From: Candidatus Hydrogenedentota bacterium
Lineage (GTDB): Bacteria > Hydrogenedentota > Hydrogenedentia > Hydrogenedentales > SLHB01
Assembly (NCBI GenBank): GCA_045863335.1
Contig: BTVY01000032.1
Coordinates: forward strand, 20,591-84,590
Reading direction: 5' to 3'
Length of the DNA: 64,000 bases
The translations under genes were made by a program, and so were the position numbers. Of the stretch, positions 56,275 to 64,000 are shown in pieces. The notes under the pieces were generated by a model. That model did no database searches and was not told the origin of the DNA. It was given only the letters and a program-made list of their open reading frames with translations. Each line of letters opens with the position of its first letter. Position 1 is the stretch's first letter.

Positions 56275-56664
56275 ATGCCAGAGCGACTGTCCAGACCGTC
56301 CAACCGGTGGCGAGGAGAGAAAATTTCGCGGCGAGTCGCCGCAGCGCTCATGCTGATTTCGGGGGTAACCCATGTCGTTCAACTGCCGGTTTATGGTGCG
56401 GAACACTCCGTCGTCGGGGCATCGATCTTCGGCGGGATCTATTTCATCATCGGCCTGGGCCTTCTGGGGAGATCGGGGTTTGCCCTGTATGCGGGCGCCA
56501 TATTCCCGACCATCGGCGGTATACTTGGCATCTATCGCTTTATTTACTTACACCCAAACCCGTTCAGTGTTTTTCACGTGGCAATCGACTTGGTTGTCGT
56601 GCCGATCTGCGTATTTCTCGTGTGGCGGAGGATTACTCACGAAACACAAGAGAGGATTCGATAG
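56275..56664 (+). CDS. Small 4-TM membrane protein
   Basis: Four hydrophobic segments; GGAGAG RBS. Confidence 0.65.
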   Translation: MPERLSRPSNRWRGEKISRRVAAALMLISGVTHVVQLPVYGAEHSVVGASIFGGIYFIIGLGLLGRSGFALYAGAIFPTIGGILGIYRFIYLHPNPFSVFHVAIDLVVVPICVFLVWRRITHETQERIR

Positions 56665-56860
56665 TCCAATCACTACATGTGACTTGCGCAGCACGCTAGA
56701 AAGTTGATAGATTAAGGGCGCTTATTGCTGCATCGAGGGCGGTTCGAGGCCCTCGGCAAATCACTCTTCGCCGGTTCCGGATGTGGTGCGGCATCCGGCC
56801 ACGAAGTCCCGATCCGGCTCATTGCCGGTGCGGAAGGGTTCTTCACAAGGAGAATGACCG

Positions 56861-58351
56861 ATGAAGCGCGTCCGTGGTGCGTTGATGCCCGTCCTGCTTC
56901 GGTTTAGTCTTTGCGCGTTTGTAATTGCTATTTCTATTTTGTTCATTCCCGGATGCCCGCCTCCGGCAACTGATTCGGGGTTGAAGGCGCGCGACTTTGT
57001 GCAGGTGAACCGCAACGGATTCGGCTACATCGAAAACCTCATCGACCTGAACGACTACCCTTGGGGACTTGTCTATTTCCAACCCGACGGAGCGCCCGAG
57101 GGCCACGTCTATGTATCCACCGGGAATGGGATCGACGACCAGGTTCTTTATGAGATCGGGCAATGGGAGTTTCCCATCCCGCCCCTTCGCCCCGGCGAGA
57201 TCCGGAGGTTCCGCCCGGACTGGGGTCCCCGCAGTTGGCAGAGTGTCCTCGACATCCGCCACTACGAACTGGGACCGGTTTACAAGACCAACGGGTTCCG
57301 GGCGTTGCAGGTATACCGTCCGGAGGGCGACGGCGAGCCGAATTATCTTTATGCGGGTTCCTCGTCCACGACGCCGTCGCTGTGGCGTTCCCCTTCGGGA
57401 GAACGCTTCGACTGGGAAATCGTCTGGTCCGATCCGCGCAAGGGCAGCATCCGCATCATGGTCGTTCACAACGGCATTTTGTATTTCAACTTCATTCCCG
57501 GCGGCGAGATTGGCGATGGTTCTCCCGGCGAGATCTGGGCGCACGACGGCGAGTCCGTCTGGAACGTCGTGAACGACGGGTTTGGCAATCCGGACAACAA
57601 GGGTATCTGGACCCTTGCATCGTTCAACGGATACCTTTACGCGTCCGTGGCGAATCTCGAAACGGGGTTTGAGGTTTGGAAACTCGAAGGTCCGAACAAC
57701 GAGCCGCCCATGCTGGCGCTGGCGAACGGGGGATCCGACCCGTCAAACGAAGCGGCCGCGACCAGCCTCGTGTACAAAGACAAGTTGTATTTCGGGACGC
57801 AGGTATTCGGGGGATTCACGTCTGGCACGGCCGGACAGTTGTTCAAGGGCGGCGAGCTGATTCGCCTGGACGCCAACGACAACATGGAAGTTGTCGTGGG
57901 GCCGAATTCGATTTCGGGTTACGGTCCGGGGTTCGACCGCAGCTTGAACGCGTACATCTGGTCTTTGGCCGAATACGATGGCGAACTGTACGTTGGTACC
58001 TGGGATCAAGCGACGATCTATCAATACGTTGTCGACTACTTCCCTGAATCCATCTCTCAACTCATAGGATTTCTCATCCTGGTCTCCGATTATGGAAATA
58101 CGGAAAACCTTGATGAAAACCTGAAGCGCAGCCCCACGCCCTTGAGTACGGCTTTGGAGGCGGGGGGCGACATCTATCGCTCGCCGGACGGCGACCACTT
58201 CTTCCCGCTGATGAACGACGGTTTCAACGACCCCTACAACTACGGCGCGCGCAACATGCTCACGGTCGGCGACGACCTCTACGTCGGCATGGCCAACATT
58301 TACGAGGGGCTCGAAATCTGGCGCGGTACAAGCTCCGGTTCCGGCCGCTGA
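56861..58351 (+). CDS. Putative lipoprotein, beta-propeller-like repeats
   Basis: AAGGAG RBS; lipobox FIPGC; repeats NDGFGNPDNKGIWTLASFNGYLY / NDGFNDPYNYGARNM / NAYIWSLAEYDGELYVGT. Confidence 0.78.
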   Translation: MKRVRGALMPVLLRFSLCAFVIAISILFIPGCPPPATDSGLKARDFVQVNRNGFGYIENLIDLNDYPWGLVYFQPDGAPEGHVYVSTGNGIDDQVLYEIGQWEFPIPPLRPGEIRRFRPDWGPRSWQSVLDIRHYELGPVYKTNGFRALQVYRPEGDGEPNYLYAGSSSTTPSLWRSPSGERFDWEIVWSDPRKGSIRIMVVHNGILYFNFIPGGEIGDGSPGEIWAHDGESVWNVVNDGFGNPDNKGIWTLASFNGYLYASVANLETGFEVWKLEGPNNEPPMLALANGGSDPSNEAAATSLVYKDKLYFGTQVFGGFTSGTAGQLFKGGELIRLDANDNMEVVVGPNSISGYGPGFDRSLNAYIWSLAEYDGELYVGTWDQATIYQYVVDYFPESISQLIGFLILVSDYGNTENLDENLKRSPTPLSTALEAGGDIYRSPDGDHFFPLMNDGFNDPYNYGARNMLTVGDDLYVGMANIYEGLEIWRGTSSGSGR

Positions 58352-58443
58352 TTTCCACTTAACCCGGCCGAACGCTGGACACGCGCGGGCCGCTCTGCGT
58401 AAGATGCAGCAATCATTTCACACGCGAAGGAGGAGCTTGCATC

Positions 58444-59400
58444 ATGGCCATCAATCTTATGTCTACGCTCAAAGGTTCGCTGCTGGAAGGGTTCTTCCCG
58501 GAAGGGTGGGACTTGAACGCGCTGGATGCCTTGTGCGCGCGCAAACCTGAAACCATCACGCGGCCGGAGAAGTGGTGGAACAAGGCCTTTGAGCCGGTCC
58601 CCTGTGAATCCCTCGCCGATTTCGACATGATGATGGGTCACGAGATCGCGAACGAGATCGCCCAGGCGAAGGCGAAGAAGAAGCCCATTGCGTTCATCCT
58701 TCCTGTTGGCCCCATGGGCATGTACCGCTGGGCGGTGTATTTCCTGAAAGAGTGGGGGGTGGACTGCAAGCACGTTCACGGTTTCAACATGGACGAGTGG
58801 AGCGACGCCAAGGGGAACACCCTGCCCGCGAAAGATCCCGGCGCGTTTCAGAACGCCATGGAAGGCGCTTTCTACGGGCCCCTCGGCAAGCTGACCGTGC
58901 CGAAGGCGCAGCGCCACTTCGCAGTGAAATCCGCGCTCCCGAAATACGGCGAGCAGATCCGCGCGCTCAAGAAGAAGGGCGCAAAACTGGTCACCGTGTT
59001 CGGGATCGGCCGTGTGTGCCACATCGCCTTCTGGGAGCCTCACTTCGCTGCCGAGTACAAATCCGTCAATGCCTGGAAGCAAGCCGAATACCGGCTCGGC
59101 GCGCAATTGCATCCGCTGACCATCGAGCAGAACGCGATTACCAGCTTCAAGAGCCGGACCACCTTGGTGCCGACGACAGCGAACACGGTCGGGCCGGGTC
59201 TCTTCCTGCAATCAGACCGGATCATCGGCGGCGCGGACGGGTCGCTGGGCCGCGGCATGATGTGGCAGGGCATGTCGCTCTGGGCGACGCTCCACCACAA
59301 GCCGACGCCGTGGATTCCGAGCACCTTCATGCCAACCATGCCCGGGCGCCTGTTCTTCCTGAAGGAACTCGCCGGACCGCTGGAAGCGGAGTGTAACTGA
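58444..59400 (+). CDS. NagB/RpiA-fold sugar-phosphate isomerase/deaminase-like protein
   Basis: [31 protein letters not shown]; AGGAG RBS. Confidence 0.82.
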   Translation: MAINLMSTLKGSLLEGFFPEGWDLNALDALCARKPETITRPEKWWNKAFEPVPCESLADFDMMMGHEIANEIAQAKAKKKPIAFILPVGPMGMYRWAVYFLKEWGVDCKHVHGFNMDEWSDAKGNTLPAKDPGAFQNAMEGAFYGPLGKLTVPKAQRHFAVKSALPKYGEQIRALKKKGAKLVTVFGIGRVCHIAFWEPHFAAEYKSVNAWKQAEYRLGAQLHPLTIEQNAITSFKSRTTLVPTTANTVGPGLFLQSDRIIGGADGSLGRGMMWQGMSLWATLHHKPTPWIPSTFMPTMPGRLFFLKELAGPLEAECN

Positions 59401-59618
59401 GCCTGATTTCCAGCAGGTACAACACTCGCACCTGGAAACCAGCGAATCGGCAGGTTGCCGGGCGGAGAGTCGTGATGCTGTGCTGGAAATCCACCGTGAA
59501 AGTCCAGTAGTACTCGGCATCCATCCCGGACGAGATGCTACCGATAGCCGTACTCGGACTTTCGCAACGGGTTAATGAATGGTTGCTGTCTATAGTTTTT
59601 CCGATCACGGAGATCGCT

Positions 59619-60233
59619 ACGCGCTATCAAGGCAGGATAGTCGTCTGGAAAGACGATCAAGGGTTTGGCTACATCGCCCCGAACGGCGGCGGTGCTCAGG
59701 TGTTTGTCCACATAACGGCATTCTCCGATCGGACGAAACGTCCTGTCGGGAACGAGACCGTGACGTACGAGCTTGCCCATGACCGTAGGGGTCGTGTGCG
59801 CGCCGAAAACGTGGCGTTCGCGGGCGACCGCTCGTGGCTCGGTGCCGCGCAAGTGTTAGAAATGGTTGCGATGGCACCAGCCATTCTCCTCATAGTCGTT
59901 GTGGTAGTTCTGGTGCTTGCCGGAAAGCTCCCTGCTCTTGTGCTTGGCCTGTACCTGTGCGCCAGCGTCGTGGCGGTTCTGATCTATGCCAAGGACAAGG
60001 CGGCAGCGCGAAACAACCGTTGGAGAACGCCTGAAGGTACCCTGCTTACGCTTGGACTAATCGGTGGCTGGCCGGGGGCCCTGATCGCCCAGCGTCTCTT
60101 GCACCACAAGTCGCGCAAGCTGTCCTTTCAGATTGCGTTTTGGGCATCGGTCATCGCGAATCTTGGGGCGCTCGGCTGGTTGCTTACCCCGCAGGGGACG
60201 AGTGCGATGCGTTCCATCCTTGCTTGGCAATAG
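59619..60233 (+). CDS. Cold-shock domain + DUF1294 membrane protein (expected start codon reads ACG)
   Basis: RYQGRIVVWKDDQGFGYI, VFVHITAF, YAKDKAAARNNRWRTPEGTL, GGWPGALIAQRLLHHKSRK. Confidence 0.85.
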   Translation, partial: TRYQGRIVVWKDDQGFGYIAPNGGGAQVFVHITAFSDRTKRPVGNETVTYELAHDRRGRVRAENVAFAGDRSWLGAAQVLEMVAMAPAILLIVVVVVLVLAGKLPALVLGLYLCASVVAVLIYAKDKAAARNNRWRTPEGTLLTLGLIGGWPGALIAQRLLHHKSRKLSFQIAFWASVIANLGALGWLLTPQGTSAMRSILAWQ

Positions 60234-60568
60234 ATGGGGTAACCACTTATTGTAGCTGTTCCCAGCCCCGCCGTGGACCTGCTGCGCCTGTACACGCGCA
60301 CTCGGCGTCCCCTCGGGTAGCGACTCCTTCCTCAGCAAAGTGGAGACCTACCTGGGCCGCCGTGTCCGCGCCATCCCCCGCGGTCGCCCCCACGGCAGCA
60401 AAGACCGCGTCCGCCGCAAACGCCGGTAAACAAGACCCCGCGCACGACTGCATTGCGCATTCTGGGCATCAGTGCTAGTATTACAAAAGGATTACGGGTG
60501 CATGGGTTCACCCGTGCGGCGTCACGTCGAGGAAGGGGATACAATAAATGGTTACCGTCCCCATTTAT
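60229..60568. mobile_element. Non-autonomous element: inverted repeats enclosing a RAYT remnant
   Basis: aatagatggggtaaccacttattgta (60229-60254) is approximately the reverse complement of tacaataaatggttaccgtccccatttat (60540-60568). Confidence 0.7.
60270..60429 (+). pseudogene. Frameshifted C-terminal remnant of a REP-associated tyrosine transposase (RAYT-like)
   Basis: AVDLLRLYTRTRRPL / +1 shift / GSDSFLSKVETYLGRRVRAIPRGRPHGSKDRVRRKRR*, matching the 'TRTGRPLGS..F...LGR...RGRP' tail. Confidence 0.75.
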
Positions 60569-61344
60569 CAGTGGACTTAGCGCAAGAATCTATCAGCATC
60601 ACATTGGCCCCCGCCAACTTAACCGGTGTTCTAACTTTGACATTGCTGGGTCCTCAAGCTTCCCATCAGGTCCTGAGCGCCACAAGAAACTCGGGAGCAT
60701 TGACTGAGACACTGGATGTTCCGAATCTTGCGGAAGGAGTATACGAAACGATGCGTGCAGAATGGGTTGTAAATGACTCATCCTGTTTCGACGAATACGA
60801 TTTCGCCATCCATGTTCTCGGTGTATACAACCACACTTGCTATAACACACCGGATGAAGATCTCTGTGATGGAACGGCAACCGAATGGTACGCCTATACT
60901 ACGGCGAACGGATGTGACGGATACATTCCTTTGTGCGACACTCCGGGGCTGTGGAACTCAAGACAAGGAAAGCCGCATTGGCTGGCTGCAATTTTCGACG
61001 GTCAGGCGTCGGCGGGAAGCGGTATGGATTCAGCCGGAAACATCTACTCGACTGAGTATCTTTGCGGAAGCACGGCCCCACATACTAGGCGGCTGCGACT
61101 TACTGGCGAGCCCTGTGGAAGGTTCGGGGATGCTGTACAAATTGGTGACGTAGCCAAGGGTAATGAGAATACCGACTTGGAAGAGGGTGACGTAGTCTAC
61201 GTTCATGGGCACGGCACGCATACCGTAACGGATACGGGAGGTGGAGTCGGACCGAGACAATTGGACCATTACACCGGCGTCGGCCCATGCTTTACATGCG
61301 ACGCCATCGGGGAAGCCATGACGATTAAACTAAACGACGATTAG
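60472..61344 (+). CDS. Probably 5'-truncated Cys-rich protein with a C-terminal 3D (MltA/Sps-like) domain
   Basis: TCYNTP...GDVVYVHGHGTHTVTDTGGGVGPRQLDHYTG; the first ~33 codons are read from the repeat element. Confidence 0.65.
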   Translation: MLVLQKDYGCMGSPVRRHVEEGDTINGYRPHLSVDLAQESISITLAPANLTGVLTLTLLGPQASHQVLSATRNSGALTETLDVPNLAEGVYETMRAEWVVNDSSCFDEYDFAIHVLGVYNHTCYNTPDEDLCDGTATEWYAYTTANGCDGYIPLCDTPGLWNSRQGKPHWLAAIFDGQASAGSGMDSAGNIYSTEYLCGSTAPHTRRLRLTGEPCGRFGDAVQIGDVAKGNENTDLEEGDVVYVHGHGTHTVTDTGGGVGPRQLDHYTGVGPCFTCDAIGEAMTIKLNDD

Positions 61345-61355
61345 GAGATAACACC

Positions 61356-62354
61356 ATGGAATGGATGAACGCAGAAATCAGCAGAATTTCGCGATGCATC
61401 TGGTTGAGCGCGGTTTGCGCATTCCTGGTGTGTCTGACCGCAAATGCGTCTGAACAAGAACAGACTGTAGCCGACAATGCGCCAGGCCGTTACTCAGTCC
61501 AGTTCAAGACCGAGATTCCCGCGAAGGATGCTTGTTGTGGCCAATGTAACTATATCCTAGAGATTACCGATCAACTCACCAATTCGACGAGCGACGTGAC
61601 ACTCGCTCGTCCCATGTATCCCGTCGCGGAAAGCTCCTTGCAGTATCATTGGGCAGACGACGCGAAGTTAGTTGTAGAAGCGACGTGGAATGGGAGGCCA
61701 GATTCTGCCACTTTTCTGTTCATCATCAATGCGGCCGAGGCAGGAGTTACCGACACCATCCGCTGTCGCGATCCTAAGCCCTCGTCATCTAAGCGGTATT
61801 GGGTATACGAGAAGTACGTACAATCGCGAGCGCCCCTTTGGGTTTCCACTTCCGTTATTCTGTGTTACGACGTCCATAAGAGTCCACGAGAGAACCGTAT
61901 GGATCCGGACGCGAGGTTTCCAAGCGACGATGAGGTTGGCTGGGCAGTGTACCCGCCGCCGTTTGTCGCGGAACAAGCTTATTTTCTACCGGCTCAACAA
62001 CAGAATCATCGGGCAGGCTGGTACAACCTGCTGTCCCCTTTCCTGTGGGCCGAAGACGCTGACAAGGTTTACTTCTTATGCCAAGAATACGGCAAACCGA
62101 CCGATCTGGTAGAAGTGGATATGGGCGAAGGGCCAGAATACGCGCAGGTGGAGGCATTGGCGCTTCCGTCAGAGACAGAAAAAGTTCGTCCGTTTACCGT
62201 ACGGCCTAGCTATGCTGATGAAGTAACTACAGAGTGGGTCCCGCACATTGTCGCGGGTGAACTGTCGTGGCACGACAAGACCCACATCACGATTCATACG
62301 CACTCGGTATACAACCCGCGCGCTCCCGACGAATTTTTGGTAAGAGTTCCATAA
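61356..62354 (+). CDS. Exported hypothetical protein, candidate immunity protein
   Basis: AGGAGA RBS directly after the upstream stop; signal peptide (LTANA-S); lower GC. Confidence 0.65.
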   Translation: MEWMNAEISRISRCIWLSAVCAFLVCLTANASEQEQTVADNAPGRYSVQFKTEIPAKDACCGQCNYILEITDQLTNSTSDVTLARPMYPVAESSLQYHWADDAKLVVEATWNGRPDSATFLFIINAAEAGVTDTIRCRDPKPSSSKRYWVYEKYVQSRAPLWVSTSVILCYDVHKSPRENRMDPDARFPSDDEVGWAVYPPPFVAEQAYFLPAQQQNHRAGWYNLLSPFLWAEDADKVYFLCQEYGKPTDLVEVDMGEGPEYAQVEALALPSETEKVRPFTVRPSYADEVTTEWVPHIVAGELSWHDKTHITIHTHSVYNPRAPDEFLVRVP

Positions 62355-62480
62355 GATCGGTCGGCGGTCAAACACATCCAATCCCGACACGGTTGTTTGC
62401 GATTTGCAAAGGTTTAAGACTTGCGGACGGGATTTATCACCCGAGATTCCCCGGCCAATTGTGGGGCGTCATCGCATGAT

Positions 62481-62717
62481 TCAGATTTGGTCATCAGGAT
62501 CGGGGTTTTGCCGCGGCACCTTGGACAACGCTTTTTTGAACTTCGCTTTGCTGCCTCGCGCGGCGCGTGCGGCGATCATGTCCTCCGTTTCCAGGGCAGA
62601 TAGTTTCTCTGCGACGGCCAAGGTGATAAGTTGATTGATCGAAACGTTTTCTTTCTTAGCAAGCTGCCGTATGTGCCGATGCAGCGATTCCGGCAGCCGC
62701 AGACTGATCATACTCAT
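62481..62717 (-). CDS. Ribbon-helix-helix (HicB-like) antitoxin, orphan
   Basis: MSMISLRLPESLHRHIRQLAKKENVSINQLITLAVAEKLSAL...FKKALSKVP. Confidence 0.85.
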   Translation of the reverse strand: MSMISLRLPESLHRHIRQLAKKENVSINQLITLAVAEKLSALETEDMIAARAARGSKAKFKKALSKVPRQNPDPDDQI

Positions 62718-62794
62718 TACAATTCTCCAATGGCTTCCATACGGTTGTTGGCGACGATCCGCGTCATTGGAGTGAGAACTATGCGTACCCGACT

Positions 62795-63799
62795 TCAGGC
62801 TTGTTCCTGAAAGACCTGGTTCAGGGCCTTTAATGCGGCGTCGTGGAGATGGCCGTTGGAGGCGACGATTCCGACGTTGTTCGCGAGGGTACGGCCGAGG
62901 GTGAAGTCGAGGTCGTTGCCCACCAAGTCGGTGACACGTCCTCCGGCTTCTTCGATCACGAGGGAGCCGGCGGCGTGATCCCAGATCTTCTCTTTGTAGT
63001 CGGGCTGGGCCTTGGTGAGCAGGCGAAACAAGAGATCGCCGCGGCCGGCGGCCATGACGCTGTACTTGGCCTGGCTGTCCATCAGGACGGGTTCCGCCTG
63101 CACGCCCAGCACCTCGACCAATTGGGCGACGCGGCCGGTGTTCGTGTGTCCCGCATCCACGGAGCGTAACAGACGCGCGTCTTTGCCGTCGGCTGTGGGG
63201 GAAACCGTTAGCTGAACGAAAGGACCATCCTCCTCAAGCGGCGTGGTCCAAGTTCCCTGACCGCGCACGGCCACGATGAGAGAACCGGGGCCCTCGTGAT
63301 CCGGTTGATATCCGTCGCGTAGATTGGGACAGCCCAAGACACCGACCTGCACCTTTCCATCGACGATGAGTGCCAAAGCGACGGCGTATTGATCGCCGCG
63401 GAGGAAACCCTTGGTGCCATCGATAGGGTCCAGCGTCCAGAAGCGGTTCGCGGAATCTTGGCCTCCGTGATCGATCCACTGACACACCGTTTCCGGTGTC
63501 GCGTACGCGAGGTGACGTCCAACGAACTTGACGACGTTATTCAGATTCTCGCGGTTGTCCGGTTCGCGGAGGTGTGCCGAATTCTCTTCGGCCACCAGCG
63601 GATCGTTTGGATAGGACTTGTCGAGCAAGCAGCCCACCAGGGCCTGGGCGGCGAAATCAGCAACCGTGACAGGGGACTTGTCCTTCTTGGTAATCGTGTG
63701 ATCGACCAGTTCGCGCTCTACTTCGCTCGCGACGCGCGCGGCTTGACGGACGGCTTCGATGGCAAATTGCACATCGGGATGACCGGTATCCAACGACAT
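62795..63799 (-). CDS. 3'(2'),5'-bisphosphate nucleotidase, HAL2/SAL1-like (inositol monophosphatase superfamily)
   Basis: DKSPVTVADFAAQ, VAEE, FWTLDPIDGTKGFLRGDQYAVALAL, MDSQAKY, EKIWDHAAG. Confidence 0.93.
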   Translation of the reverse strand: MSLDTGHPDVQFAIEAVRQAARVASEVERELVDHTITKKDKSPVTVADFAAQALVGCLLDKSYPNDPLVAEENSAHLREPDNRENLNNVVKFVGRHLAYATPETVCQWIDHGGQDSANRFWTLDPIDGTKGFLRGDQYAVALALIVDGKVQVGVLGCPNLRDGYQPDHEGPGSLIVAVRGQGTWTTPLEEDGPFVQLTVSPTADGKDARLLRSVDAGHTNTGRVAQLVEVLGVQAEPVLMDSQAKYSVMAAGRGDLLFRLLTKAQPDYKEKIWDHAAGSLVIEEAGGRVTDLVGNDLDFTLGRTLANNVGIVASNGHLHDAALKALNQVFQEQA

Positions 63800-64000
63800 A
63801 TGGAATCACTCCAGGTTGATATGGAAGAGGGGACCAGCGTGAATTGGAATGCGGATCATACCGAATCCTGGCGTGGGATGCACGTCAAGCTAAGAACAGA
63901 TTGACATACTATAGGGTGCATTTGTGGTATGCCTTGCCACGAGTCAACATCCCCCTTGATCCCCCTTCAAAGGGGTGCAGTTCTGTGAGTACCGCTTCAT

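Noticed and set aside
56752-56850. Possible c-di-GMP-I riboswitch upstream of the lipoprotein gene (GGCAAA followed by hairpins)
   Set aside because: It lacks the GNRA-capped P2 and the GACGCAAAGC core; only generic hairpins are present.
59400-59560. Minus-strand peptide SSGMDAEYYWTFTVDFQHS, a possible gene fragment
   Set aside because: Too short to assign without a search; noted only as a possible left-edge remnant of the second hotspot.
63950-63975. cccccttgatcccccttcaaagggg near the window end
   Set aside because: Probably another G/C-tract hairpin repeat, but it is short and at the edge, so its context cannot be evaluated.

Overview
A GC-rich (about 60% by eye) bacterial chromosomal window. 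The gene style (many secreted hypothetical proteins, GT-C glycosyltransferases, a redoxin-cytochrome c-copper monooxygenase fusion) suggests a Hydrogenedentota- or PVC-like organism; this is an inference. Most of the window is ordinary: an ABC ATPase, a tri-heme cytochrome c peroxidase, a TetR-RND efflux operon, glycoside hydrolases, R2lox, an ALDH/GMC operon, nagB/nagD-like genes and a HAL2-type nucleotidase. Two accessory hotspots stand out. (1) At about 31.0-39.6 kb, four different type II toxin-antitoxin modules, three of them bracketed by same-orientation copies of an ~85-bp imperfect palindrome, lie among nested REP-like hairpins, two internal duplications and an IS200-like remnant. They are followed by a lower-GC pair of a PglXI-like DNA methyltransferase and an uncharacterised putative PD-(D/E)xK nuclease. 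(2) At about 59.4-62.8 kb there is a RAYT remnant between inverted repeats, a 5'-truncated 3D-domain toxin-like gene with a candidate immunity gene, and an orphan antitoxin. The same short palindrome sits at gene-truncation breakpoints in both hotspots, suggesting hairpin-guided, integron-like cassette shuffling without an integrase in the window. I recognised no rRNA, tRNA or CRISPR array. All calls come from reading motifs by eye; no searches were run.
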